Assembly: GCA_016207275.1 (NCBI GenBank) | Contig: JACQPY010000009.1 | Coordinates: 27,637 to 91,636 of the forward strand | Origin: Candidatus Kerfeldbacteria bacterium | GTDB lineage: Bacteria > Patescibacteriota > Patescibacteriia > SBBC01 | Direction: 5' to 3' | Length of the DNA stretch: 64,000 bases | Shown: positions 40,723 through 50,103 of the stretch, piece after piece | How the letters are laid out: every line of letters starts with the position of its first letter | Position numbering within the stretch: the stretch's first letter is position 1 | Position numbers and translations under genes: made by a program | Notes under the pieces: generated by a model | The model's database searches: none | Told to the model about the DNA's origin: nothing | The model's input: the letters and a program-made list of their open reading frames with translations, nothing else

Positions 40723-41946
40723 CTACTGTTCTCTTTCCCTCACATATCCCCACTTTACGAGTAGCAGCGCCCCGAACGACCAGAGCACCAGCAACAGGCG
40801 GAAGATGCCGAGCAAGAACGCCAGCAGCGGCACGCGAACGCCGAGGTATGGCAAGCCGAAATCGAGCAGCAGCGACACGACGATGACGCCAAGCAAAGTC
40901 GGCCAGACCGGCGCTAGCTTCGAACCGACAGTTGGACGCATTCGGTCGAGCACCCAGCGACCGACGGTGTACCCCAGAAAGACTTGCGCTGCGTACAGAC
41001 TCAAAACGTACAACGCCATCAAGATCAATGCTAACGGTACGCCGATGACCGTGAAGAGTAGGAGCATGAGGGCAAAAGGAACGGCCAGGAAAACTAGCAC
41101 TCCCCAGCCGACTGCTCGACCGCTCCGCTGCAGCATGACATCGGCCACGTTCCGAACGGTTCGAGGTAGGAGCAAAGCCACCAGCGTCGCCACCACCAGT
41201 AAGGAGAACAAGTTCCAGAGGCCGACTAAGGTAAAGAACTGTCGCGCCAACTTGTTGACTTGTTCGGATTCCGGCACCCCGGGGTAGCGGGTGGTTGTAC
41301 CGCTAACCTTGGCGGCCGGATCAATTTTGGCCTCGACCGCCGCCCAGTACGTTAGATTTCCACCAATCGCGGCGTTGGGGCCGAGCGTTACACAAGGCTC
41401 AGTCCGACAGTCATCGCCGGTTCGAATTCGCGTCTCGCCATCAATTCGTCCGTTCAGCAACACCGATCCGCCCCAGCTATCGAGCGACTGGCCGATGTGG
41501 CCGGCCGCCACCAACGTCCCGCCAGCGGTCATGGTTTCGCCGGCAATGTCGGCGGCCGGCCCGATGGTCAACGTGCCGCCGAGCAGCATTACGTTTCGAC
41601 CCACTTTTGCGTCGAGGTCGACCGTGCCGCCGGCGACGCGGATGCTACCCTTGACCTCACCGGTCACCTTGACGGTCCCACCGCCGATCAGCAGATCGCC
41701 GCCCACCGGCCCGCTGACGGTTACCGTACCGCCGCCGACCAGGATGTCGTCGCTAAACGATCCGGCTAGGTCGATCGTGCCGCCGCCAGCCGCGTAGACT
41801 TCCTTGACGACCTCGTCGTGGCCAACAAACACGGTTCGACCAGACGTCACCGTCATCGCCTGAACTGAAGCGGGTAACCACCAAACAATCACCATGACCA
41901 GGGCGATACTGAGGATCATTCGCCGTCTGGACTGATCTTCTCTCAT
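40723..41946 (-). CDS. Bactofilin/polymer-forming-like beta-helix protein with C-terminal TM region
   Basis: Repeated GG.V.V.G.V.GD units; signal peptide; 4-5 TM. Confidence 0.75.
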   Translation of the reverse strand: MREDQSRRRMILSIALVMVIVWWLPASVQAMTVTSGRTVFVGHDEVVKEVYAAGGGTIDLAGSFSDDILVGGGTVTVSGPVGGDLLIGGGTVKVTGEVKGSIRVAGGTVDLDAKVGRNVMLLGGTLTIGPAADIAGETMTAGGTLVAAGHIGQSLDSWGGSVLLNGRIDGETRIRTGDDCRTEPCVTLGPNAAIGGNLTYWAAVEAKIDPAAKVSGTTTRYPGVPESEQVNKLARQFFTLVGLWNLFSLLVVATLVALLLPRTVRNVADVMLQRSGRAVGWGVLVFLAVPFALMLLLFTVIGVPLALILMALYVLSLYAAQVFLGYTVGRWVLDRMRPTVGSKLAPVWPTLLGVIVVSLLLDFGLPYLGVRVPLLAFLLGIFRLLLVLWSFGALLLVKWGYVREREQ

Positions 41947-42138
41947 AGCTGTTCTAACTATACCACGGCTCGGCTCGATGGAAAAACCCTTACCCGGTTA
42001 GAAGTCGTCCCGATGGAACAGGCTTTTATCGACACGCCGATATATCGTTAACCCACCAATACGCTTTTTTCTTCCAATGACTTGTAACGGGGTTTACAGA
42101 TGCGGTCACATTCAGTAGGCTGCAAGTACAGAAAAGCC

Positions 42139-42960
42139 ATGGCCGGAATTTTTCTACATACATTTCAGCCGCCGCCAGTGTTGGCTCGGGTCGGTCCGTT
42201 CACCATCCACTGGTACGGTTTGTTCCTGTCGCTCGGCGCCCTGGCCGGCTACGTCGTCTGGCTGCGGCTCGGCCGCGCCTACCGACTCAAGAGCGTTCAG
42301 CTCGAGACGTTGTTCTTTCTGACCGTGCTGGCCGGCTTTGTCGGCGCCCGTCTGTACCACGTCCTCAATGAGTGGCCCTACTACGCCGCGCGGCCGACGG
42401 AAATCCTCGCCATCTGGAATGGCGGCCTGGCCATCCACGGCGCGCTGCTGGCCGGTCTGGCGGTCTTTATGGTCTACGCCCGACGAGCGAAGCTGTCCTT
42501 TCCACTACTGGCTGATATCGTCGTTCCTGCCGTCGCCCTGGGGCAAGCGATTGGCCGGTGGGGTAACTACTTCAACCAGGAGCTGTTCGGCCGACCAACC
42601 GCGCTGCCGTGGGGCATTCCGATTGAGATCGTTAAGCGACCGCCGGAACTCGTGACCAGTGAATTTTTTCATCCCACCTTTCTCTACGAATCGATTGGCT
42701 CGCTGCTGGTTTTCGTCATTCTTATTTTCCTGCACCGACGACGGCTGGCTGGACCGGAACCACGAGGCCGCGTCAGCTATGGCATAATCGCGCTGATTTA
42801 CTTCATTGCTGAATCGTTGGTTCGGACGGTCACAGAACTGCTGCGCGTTGATCAGGTGCCGCTCGTCGCCGGCGTCCGGCTGCCATTGCTGGTCAGTATC
42901 CTGATCGCCCTACTTGCCGCCGTCATCCTGGTCCGTCGAATGAAGGGGGTACGAGCATGA
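42139..42960 (+). CDS. lgt: Prolipoprotein diacylglyceryl transferase
   Basis: HWYGL, GARLYHV, GGLAIHG, GQAIGRWGNYFNQELFG, HPTFLYES. Confidence 0.96.
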   Translation: MAGIFLHTFQPPPVLARVGPFTIHWYGLFLSLGALAGYVVWLRLGRAYRLKSVQLETLFFLTVLAGFVGARLYHVLNEWPYYAARPTEILAIWNGGLAIHGALLAGLAVFMVYARRAKLSFPLLADIVVPAVALGQAIGRWGNYFNQELFGRPTALPWGIPIEIVKRPPELVTSEFFHPTFLYESIGSLLVFVILIFLHRRRLAGPEPRGRVSYGIIALIYFIAESLVRTVTELLRVDQVPLVAGVRLPLLVSILIALLAAVILVRRMKGVRA

Positions 42961-43208
42961 AACTTATTACCGCGCTCTTGATTGCCTTGTCCCTGACCGT
43001 GACCGCCCCTCGATCAATCGTTGCCCACGAAACTGCCTCGCCGCACGAGGAAATTACCGCCGTTAACGCGCCGCCCGCCAACACCAACTCAACGACGGCT
43101 GAACGAATTGCGAAGCTTCGCGCGCCCGCCGCTCTTAAGCCACTCCTCTTAGTGCCGCTGGCGCTGATCTTGTACTTCGTTTACGAACGCTTAGCCCAAC
43201 GATCGTAA
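42957..43208 (+). CDS. Small protein with signal peptide and C-terminal TM
   Basis: ATGA overlap with lgt; abuts glyA. Confidence 0.6.
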   Translation: MKLITALLIALSLTVTAPRSIVAHETASPHEEITAVNAPPANTNSTTAERIAKLRAPAALKPLLLVPLALILYFVYERLAQRS

Positions 43209-43209
43209 C

Positions 43210-44460
43210 ATGCCAACCCTCAATCAGTCCGATCCCGAACTGGCCGCCGGGCTGCAGCGCGAACTCGAACGGCAGCGGTCCGGCTTGGAAATGATCGCTT
43301 CGGAAAACTTTGTCTCGCCAGCCGTGCTCGCCGCCCTCGGCAGCGTGGCCACCAACAAGTACTCCGAAGGGTACCCCGGCAACCGCTACTACGGCGGCAA
43401 CCAATTTATTGATCAAGTGGAAAGCCTCGCCGTCAGCCGCGCCCAGCAACTATTCGGGGCGGAACACGTCAACGTCCAGCCGCTGTCCGGCGCGCCGGCC
43501 AACATTGCGGTCTACTCGGCCCTGCTGCAACCCGGCGACACGGTTTTAGGCATGGACTTGGGCCACGGCGGGCACTTGACGCACGGTCATCCGGTCACCT
43601 GGATGGCCAAGCTGTTCAACTTCGTCCGCTACAAGACCGATCCGGCCACCGGACTCATTGACTACGATCAGGTTCGAGAACTAGCCAAGGCCCATCAACC
43701 AAAACTGATTCTCGTTGGCTACTCCGCCTACTCTCGCGAGATCGACTACGATAAGTTCAAAACGATTGCCGACGAAGTTGGCGCGCTGACCATGGCTGAT
43801 GTTGCCCATATCGCCGGATTGATTGCCGCCAAATTGATGAACAACCCCGTCCCGCTGTTTGACGTGGTCACGACCACCACCCATAAAACGCTCCGCGGGC
43901 CGCGGGGCGGGATGATTCTCTGCCGCGAGCAGCACGCCAAAGCCATTGACAAGGCCGTCTTCCCGGGATTCCAGGGCGGTCCGCACGAAAACAACATCGC
44001 TGCAAAAGCGGTGGCCTTCAAGGAAGCCTTAGAACCGTCCTTCAAGGAGTACGCCCAGCAAATCATGAAAAACGCCAAAGCGCTCGAACACGCTTTTCGA
44101 GCGGGCGGCCTGACCATCTGCTTCCAGCAAACGGACAACCATCTGCTCCTGCTCGATGTGACCTCAGTTGGCTTGTCCGGCAAACAGGCGCAAGACCTTC
44201 TCGACTCGGTCGGCATCACCGTCAATAAAAACATGATTCCCGACGATCAACGAAAACCAATGGACCCATCGGGTATCCGGATCGGCACGCCCGCACTAAC
44301 CACCAGAGGATTTACCGAAGCTGACATGACCCGGATCGGCGAAATGATTGTCAAGGTGCTGCGCTCGCCGAACGACGAGTCAGTCCAACAGCAAGCCCGC
44401 CAGCTGGTTCGAGAACTGACTGCTGCCCATCCGCTGTATCCAGGCTTAGCTTATCGCTGA
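43210..44460 (+). CDS. glyA: Serine hydroxymethyltransferase
   Basis: [34 protein letters not shown]. Confidence 0.98.
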   Translation: MPTLNQSDPELAAGLQRELERQRSGLEMIASENFVSPAVLAALGSVATNKYSEGYPGNRYYGGNQFIDQVESLAVSRAQQLFGAEHVNVQPLSGAPANIAVYSALLQPGDTVLGMDLGHGGHLTHGHPVTWMAKLFNFVRYKTDPATGLIDYDQVRELAKAHQPKLILVGYSAYSREIDYDKFKTIADEVGALTMADVAHIAGLIAAKLMNNPVPLFDVVTTTTHKTLRGPRGGMILCREQHAKAIDKAVFPGFQGGPHENNIAAKAVAFKEALEPSFKEYAQQIMKNAKALEHAFRAGGLTICFQQTDNHLLLLDVTSVGLSGKQAQDLLDSVGITVNKNMIPDDQRKPMDPSGIRIGTPALTTRGFTEADMTRIGEMIVKVLRSPNDESVQQQARQLVRELTAAHPLYPGLAYR

Positions 44461-44866
44461 TAGCTTGTAGCTTTTAGAGGAAAGATGTACGTAGAATCGT
44501 TCAAACAGCTCACTGTTTGGCAACGAGCCATTGAGGTTATTAAAGAAATTTATCAAGTCACCGCTCGTCTACCCGTAGCCGAACAATACGGATTGATTGG
44601 ACAGATGCGACGTGCGGCGGTTTCTATTCCAGCCAACATCGCCGAAGGTAAAAAGCGTAAAACCAAACGAGACTTCCGCTCGTTCTTGCGAACGGCTGAT
44701 GGTTCGGCTGCTGAGCTCGAAACGCTGATCATTGTTGCTGGTCAAGTTTACCCGACCATCGACTTTTCTCGATGTTCTTCGCCCCTGACTGAGGTTCAAA
44801 AAATGCTAACAGCTATGATACAAAAACTTGAAGCTTCTAAAAGCTAACAGCTACAAGCTATAAACT
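44447..44866 (+). mobile_element. Heptamer-armed cassette carrying the four-helix-bundle gene
   Basis: Left arm TAGCTTA TCGCTGA TAGCTTG TAGCTTT TAG; inverted right arm CTA AAAGCTA ACAGCTA CAAGCTA. Confidence 0.65.
44485..44847 (+). CDS. Four helix bundle protein (23S rRNA IVS-protein family)
   Basis: L.VWQ.A, P..EQYGL..QMRRAAVSIPANIAEG, GSAAELET. Confidence 0.92.
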   Translation: MYVESFKQLTVWQRAIEVIKEIYQVTARLPVAEQYGLIGQMRRAAVSIPANIAEGKKRKTKRDFRSFLRTADGSAAELETLIIVAGQVYPTIDFSRCSSPLTEVQKMLTAMIQKLEASKS

Positions 44867-44869
44867 CTC

Positions 44870-45709
44870 ATGGCACAGCTTATTGACGGACGCTCACTGG
44901 CCGCCGCTATTCGGCGCGCGTTGCCGCTACGGATTGCCAAGCTCCCCCGCCGACCGGGTCTCAGTGTAATGCTCGTCGGCCACGATCCAGCTTCCGAGCT
45001 GTACGTCAAGCTCAAAGGCAAAGCGGCCCAGACCGCTGGCATTCGCTTTACCCTCGAACGGTTCAGTCAAAGCGTTAACCAACACGAGCTCCTCGGTCGC
45101 CTTCAAGCGTGGAACACAGATCCGGAGGTTGACGCCATGCTGATCCAGCTGCCGCTGCCACGGCACCTACGCGAACAGCCGATCATCGAACAGCTGGTGC
45201 CGGAAAAAGACGTTGACGGCTTTCATCCAATCAACACGGCCCGTTTTCTGTCCGGCCAGCGTAGCGATCCGCCGGGTCTGGTTGAGGGTATTCTGCGACT
45301 GATCGCCGCCACTGGCGTTCCGCTCGGCGCACTGACCGCCACCATTGTCGCCCGCTCCAGTGTCTTTACCGACTGCCTTGAGCACGCTCTCCGATTGCAC
45401 GGCGCTTTTCCCCGAACGGTTCCGCCCAACGACACGCATCGAACAGCGACGCTCGAAGCTGATGTGGTGGTGATTGCGGCCGGTCGGCCAAAGTTACTTG
45501 TTGGCGACGATCTTAAGCCAGGGGCAATCGTCATTGATGTCGGTATCAACGCGTTGCCTGATGGTTCGATTGTTGGCGATGTCGACCGCCAATCAGTCGA
45601 GCGGGTCGCCAGTTGGTTAACGCCGGTCCCGGGTGGCGTTGGGCCGATGACCATTGCCATGCTCTTGGAAAACGTCGTCCGCATTGCCGAACGAAACGAA
45701 GTACTATGA
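44870..45709 (+). CDS. folD: Methylene-THF dehydrogenase/cyclohydrolase
   Basis: IDGR, QLPLP, KDVDGFHP, VIDVGIN, TPVPGGVGPMT. Confidence 0.93.
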   Translation: MAQLIDGRSLAAAIRRALPLRIAKLPRRPGLSVMLVGHDPASELYVKLKGKAAQTAGIRFTLERFSQSVNQHELLGRLQAWNTDPEVDAMLIQLPLPRHLREQPIIEQLVPEKDVDGFHPINTARFLSGQRSDPPGLVEGILRLIAATGVPLGALTATIVARSSVFTDCLEHALRLHGAFPRTVPPNDTHRTATLEADVVVIAAGRPKLLVGDDLKPGAIVIDVGINALPDGSIVGDVDRQSVERVASWLTPVPGGVGPMTIAMLLENVVRIAERNEVL

Positions 45710-46248
45710 GCCGAGTCGAGCGCTCGCCACTTCGTTACTTTAAGTTCTGCCCACGATGCGGCAGACAGCTTCGGATTTCGAAAGTTGACGGACATCCGCA
45801 TTTGAAATGCGATCAAGGAGACTTCGTATTTTTCCAGAACCCCCACAGCGCCGTCAGCGGGCTAATCTTTGATCGTCGCGGTCGTGTCATGCTGGTCAAA
45901 CGTAAATACAATCCCAAAAAAGGATTCTGGGATACCCCGGGCGGCTTTGTGGGATGGGGCGAAAATCCCAAACAAGCCGTTATTCGCGAACTGCGTGAAG
46001 AGTTGAAGGTCCATTTTCAACCGCAGGATTTGTCCGGTATTTTTCACGACTGGTATGACATGTTCAACCTGCGATACTCCGTTTACAACATTTACTACAC
46101 CGGAACGATCAGCGGTCGACCGAGACCGGCCTCTGACGTGGCTGCCATCCGATGGTTCCCCCTCAACCGGCTACCCCAAAAAATTAGCTTCTCACATATA
46201 CGTCGAGCGCTCCGACACTACCGAACTACGCACCAGAAAAAATCATGA
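45706..46248 (+). CDS. NUDIX hydrolase with N-terminal zinc ribbon
   Basis: FCPRCG; PGGFV..GE......RELREEL. Confidence 0.85.
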   Translation: MSRVERSPLRYFKFCPRCGRQLRISKVDGHPHLKCDQGDFVFFQNPHSAVSGLIFDRRGRVMLVKRKYNPKKGFWDTPGGFVGWGENPKQAVIRELREELKVHFQPQDLSGIFHDWYDMFNLRYSVYNIYYTGTISGRPRPASDVAAIRWFPLNRLPQKISFSHIRRALRHYRTTHQKKS

Positions 46249-46274
46249 GCCTCCACATCGGAATCGTCGGCCTT
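46245..46274 (+). pseudogene. Displaced duplicate of the ychF 5' end
   Basis: MSLHIGIVGL versus the live [10 protein letters not shown]; its ATG overlaps the NUDIX stop (ATGA). Confidence 0.88.
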
Positions 46275-46276
46275 TA

Positions 46277-46355
46277 TGAGCTTTGAGCTTTTGGCTTATA
46301 GCTGTTAGACGCCTCGTCACGATCCTAAAAGCTAACAGCTATAAGCTACAAGCTG
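46277..46355. mobile_element. Empty heptamer-armed element
   Basis: Both inverted arms of the 44447-44866 type around a 16-nt loop. Confidence 0.7.
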
Positions 46356-46362
46356 AACCTCT

Positions 46363-47445
46363 ATGTCATTACAGATAGGAATTGTCGGTCTTCCCAACGT
46401 CGGCAAGTCAACGCTCTTTCAGGCGCTCACCAAAAAGAAAGTTGACACCTCGAACTATCCCTTCGCGACCATTGACCCCAACGTCGGCGTGGTGGCTGTT
46501 CCTGACGAACGGCTTGCCCAGCTGGCTCGGGTGGCCAAGTCCAAAGAAATTATTCCGACCACCATCGAGTTCGTCGACATTGCCGGATTGGTCAAAAACG
46601 CGCACCAGGGCGAGGGCCTCGGCAACCAGTTTCTTCAAAACATTCGTGAGACCGACGCCATTGTCGAGGTCGTCCGCGCCTTTACCGATCCCAACGTCAT
46701 CCACGTGGCCGGCAAAGTTGAGCCAAAAGAAGACGTTGAAACAATCAACCTCGAACTGATCTTTGCTGACCTGGCAATTGTCAGCAAGCGGCACGAAAAC
46801 GTCTTGCGCCAGCTCAAATCAGGCACCAACCGTCAGGTTGAACAACAGCTCGGCGCGCTGACCAAATTCAAAGAAGCGCTTGAAGCGGGCCGGCCAGCGC
46901 GTTCGGTCGAACTGACCGATGATGAACGCGGGCACATCAAGGATATGAACCTGCTGACCGCCAAGCCGATCCTTTACGTCCTGAACGTCGGAGAAGGCTC
47001 CCCTCCGCCCTTGGGGGGAGGGGTCGGGGGAGGTGGGCTGGACGGCCCCGTCGTTCCCCTCTCAGTCAAAATTGAGTCTGAACTGGCTGAGCTTTCCGCC
47101 GAAGACGCCGCCACGTTCATGCGCGACCTCGGCCTGAGAGAATCGGGGCTGGATCAGTTGATTAAAGCTGCCTACCAAACGCTCAACTTGATCACGTTCT
47201 TTACCGCCGGCCCCAAAGAAACCCGTGCTTGGACGGTCAAGCGCGGCACCAAAGCGCCGCAGGCTGCCGGCGTCATCCACACCGACTTTGAAGAGGGTTT
47301 CATCCGCGCCGAAATTATAAACTGGAAAGAGTTTGTTGATGCTGGCGGCGACGTCAGGGCTAAAGAGCTCGGAAAGGTGAGAATTGAGGGAAAAGAGTAT
47401 ATTATTCAAGACGGAGATGTTGTTCACTTTCACTTCCAAACCTAA
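46363..47445 (+). CDS. ychF: Redox-regulated ATPase YchF
   Basis: [40 protein letters not shown] domain. Confidence 0.97.
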   Translation: MSLQIGIVGLPNVGKSTLFQALTKKKVDTSNYPFATIDPNVGVVAVPDERLAQLARVAKSKEIIPTTIEFVDIAGLVKNAHQGEGLGNQFLQNIRETDAIVEVVRAFTDPNVIHVAGKVEPKEDVETINLELIFADLAIVSKRHENVLRQLKSGTNRQVEQQLGALTKFKEALEAGRPARSVELTDDERGHIKDMNLLTAKPILYVLNVGEGSPPPLGGGVGGGGLDGPVVPLSVKIESELAELSAEDAATFMRDLGLRESGLDQLIKAAYQTLNLITFFTAGPKETRAWTVKRGTKAPQAAGVIHTDFEEGFIRAEIINWKEFVDAGGDVRAKELGKVRIEGKEYIIQDGDVVHFHFQT

Positions 47446-47479
47446 CATCGAACCCTATAGGGTTCGATTTAAACAGACT

Positions 47480-47674
47480 GTCGTGGCGCAGCGGCGAGGA
47501 TCACCCTTCGACAGGCTCAGGGTGACCCTGAACGAAGTCGAATGGGTCAGGGTGTCCAAAGGACGGGCCCCTAGCTGAGCCGCAAGCCATGACACCGTAT
47601 ACGGAAAGAGAGGCGTCGGAAGAGGAAAATCCCCGACTAGATCGGGGATAGGGTTTCCTCTCCGAGAAATGTCA
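47480..47674 (+). repeat. Structured ~190-nt element, copy 2
   Basis: Colinear with 34864-35040; extra CCCCGACTAGATCGGGG in the last hairpin. Confidence 0.8.
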
Positions 47675-47690
47675 TTTTCACTTTCAATAG
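47670..47690 (+). pseudogene. Displaced duplicate of the ychF 3' end
   Basis: TGT CAT TTT CAC TTT CAA TAG = CHFHFQ* versus the live VHFHFQT*. Confidence 0.65.
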
Positions 47691-48070
47691 TTTGCAATCC
47701 TCGTCAAATTATGATATCATGAAACTGGAGGCAAGCACTTTTAAGCCTCGGAACCGCACTAAAGCAGTTACCCCTGAGGTTAAGGAGGCCCACCATGTCT
47801 CCGCGACTCACCTTTCCCATAACTGGCGAACGCTCCATCGTCTCCACTCGCCCGTAGGGGGTGATCCGTAGACTTCGGCACAGGATTGCCGTTTCGGGCG
47901 GCCATCCCCAGGCCTGTTCACTGCCGCGCTGCGGCTCGATGCTCACCGAAGCGGGCCTGGTCATCCAGACTCCCGCTTCAATCACGGGCAAGTCTGACCA
48001 CTTGCGCGTTTTTAGCACTCGTGCTAGGATACGGCCGCAGCTCGAATGGGCTGCTTTCAAAAGCTTTTTC

Positions 48071-48688
48071 ATGGAACAACCAGCGCCCAATGGCCTGCGC
48101 CCCGAACCCGGGGCCGGGTCCGCGCCGATCCCCTCCCCGATCAAGTCGGGGAAAATCGGGGAAGCGGCGCCAGACACGACCGACCGGCCAGGCACGTACG
48201 AGCTAATGGCTATCTTCCCCGCGACTTTGTCGGAGGAAGAAGTTGCGGCTGCCCAAACTAAAGTTAAAGCCGCCCTGACCGAGCGCGGGGCGGTGATTGA
48301 AACTGACCAGGATTTTGGCAAGCGCAAGCTGGCCTACGCGATCAAGCACGTCCGCCAGGGCGTCTACCACCTCTACACCTTCCGCGCTCCCAAGCTCAGT
48401 CTTCAGACACTTGAAAGCGAGCTGCAGCTGATGCCGGAAGTGCTGCGGCACTTAATCATGGTTCGAACCGTCCGAACCCAGGCCCAGCTTGAGGCTAAGG
48501 CCGCCCTGCGCGAACGCATCCAAGCCAAGCGCATGGCCGCCGAAGAGCGGGCCGTAGCCGAACGCACTAAAGAAGCCATCGCCGCGCCGACTGACCGCCC
48601 GGCGCCAGCACCAACACGAGAAGTTTCGAAAGAAGAGCTCGAACAAAAACTTGAGGAGATCCTCAAAGACGAAACTCTCGGCGAGTAG
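48071..48688 (+). CDS. rpsF: 30S ribosomal protein S6 with N- and C-terminal extensions
   Basis: YELMAIF, GKRKLAYAIK, GVY, VLRHLI; upstream of ssb-rpsR. Confidence 0.9.
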   Translation: MEQPAPNGLRPEPGAGSAPIPSPIKSGKIGEAAPDTTDRPGTYELMAIFPATLSEEEVAAAQTKVKAALTERGAVIETDQDFGKRKLAYAIKHVRQGVYHLYTFRAPKLSLQTLESELQLMPEVLRHLIMVRTVRTQAQLEAKAALRERIQAKRMAAEERAVAERTKEAIAAPTDRPAPAPTREVSKEELEQKLEEILKDETLGE

Positions 48689-48773
48689 CCAGGCGATCAC
48701 CGCGCGGATTTTAGTCCGCCCCCAGTCCGCACACCAACCCCTAACCACTGACCCCTAACCACTTCCCCTTCCC

Positions 48774-49211
48774 ATGGCCATGAACCTCAACAAAGCGCTG
48801 ATCATCGGCAACCTAACTCGCGACCCGGAAGGCCGGACCACCACCGGCGGTCAGAACGTCGTCTCGTTCGGCGTCGCCACGACCCGACGCTGGAAAGATC
48901 GCCAGAGCGGTGAGCCGAAAGAGCAAACCGAATTCCACAACGTCGTCGCCTGGGGCCGGCTAGCCGAGATCGTGCAGCAATACCTGAAAAAGGGCAGCAA
49001 AGTCTACATCGAAGGTCGGATCCAAACTCGTTCCTGGGAGGACCAAACTGGGGCCAAGCGAAATCGGACGGAGATTATCGCTGAGAACTTAATCATGCTC
49101 GACCGCGCCGGCACTGGCCCACGGGCCACAGAACAAGCGCCAGCCGAGTCGCCAGCCACCGCTAAACCGGCTGCCGAAGAGGAAATCAATGTTGAAGACA
49201 TCCCGTTCTAA
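48774..49211 (+). CDS. ssb: Single-stranded DNA-binding protein
   Basis: NKALIIGNLTRDPE, TEFHNVVAWG, DIPF tail. Confidence 0.97.
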   Translation: MAMNLNKALIIGNLTRDPEGRTTTGGQNVVSFGVATTRRWKDRQSGEPKEQTEFHNVVAWGRLAEIVQQYLKKGSKVYIEGRIQTRSWEDQTGAKRNRTEIIAENLIMLDRAGTGPRATEQAPAESPATAKPAAEEEINVEDIPF

Positions 49212-49425
49212 CGTCGTTCATGTTCCCAGGGTTTGCCACTTCTGCGTCAACGCCATCGACGACATCGACTACAAGGACATTCGGACGATCCAGCGCTTTA
49301 TGACTTCCTACGCGAAGATTGCTTCGCGACGCCGCACGGGCACGTGCACCAAGCACCAGCGTAAGTTGGCTGAGGCGATCAAGCGGGCGCGCTTCTTGGC
49401 GCTCGTCCCCTTCACCCTCCGGTAG
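49189..49425 (+). CDS. rpsR: 30S ribosomal protein S18
   Basis: CHFC, IDYKD, KI..RRRTG.C.KHQR, AIKRARFLAL. Confidence 0.93.
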   Translation: MLKTSRSNVVHVPRVCHFCVNAIDDIDYKDIRTIQRFMTSYAKIASRRRTGTCTKHQRKLAEAIKRARFLALVPFTLR

Positions 49426-49452
49426 ATCTCTCGACCGCACCGCCAAACCTCT

Positions 49453-50013
49453 ATGCTCGGAATGAACGACCTCCGCGCTGGCGTCGTTTTCAAGATGAAC
49501 GACGAGCCCTATCTCATCGTGTGGTCGAATTTTTTGCGCATGGCCCAACGCAAACCGGTACGCCAAGCAAAAATTAAGAACTTAATTACCGGTAAGATCC
49601 TCGAGCTTAGTTTTAAGCTTGACGATAAGTTTGAAGAGGCCGACGTCCAGCGGGTTAAGGCCAGCTACCTCTACGCTGACGATGCGGCCGCCACGTTCAT
49701 GGATTCATCGACCTTCGATCAGGTGTCAATTGAACGCGAGAACGTCAAGAATGTTCTGCCGTTCTTGGTCGAAGGCGCCGAGGTCACGCTGCTGCTCTTC
49801 GAGGGAAAACCAATCGGCGTCGAACTGCCGAAGAAAGTCGAGCTGAAAGTGACTGAAACCATGGACGCCACCCGCGGCGACACGGCCCAGGGCTCAGTCA
49901 TGAAAGACGCCACGCTTGAAACCGGCGGCACCATCAAAGTCCCGATGTTCATCAAGACCGGCGACTCGATCCGAGTCAACACCGAGTCGGGCGAGTACGT
50001 CGAACGAGTTTAG
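49453..50013 (+). CDS. efp: Elongation factor P
   Basis: RGDTA, ATLETG..I.VPMFI..GD.I.VNT..GEYVER. Confidence 0.93.
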   Translation: MLGMNDLRAGVVFKMNDEPYLIVWSNFLRMAQRKPVRQAKIKNLITGKILELSFKLDDKFEEADVQRVKASYLYADDAAATFMDSSTFDQVSIERENVKNVLPFLVEGAEVTLLLFEGKPIGVELPKKVELKVTETMDATRGDTAQGSVMKDATLETGGTIKVPMFIKTGDSIRVNTESGEYVERV

Positions 50014-50103
50014 AACGAGTGAGACCCTGAGCGCTGTCGAAGGATGGAACGCGCCTAAGGCGCGTTCCATCCCGAGTCCGGCGAGGGATCTCTAACAAAG
50101 TCC

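Noticed and set aside
47861-48070. Extended rpsF start from the ORF track
   Set aside because: No S6 similarity and no SD; TAGGAT upstream of ATG 48071 fits the later start better
50002-50020. Possible duplicated efp C-terminus (GAACGAGT twice)
   Set aside because: Only 8 bp, too short to separate from chance
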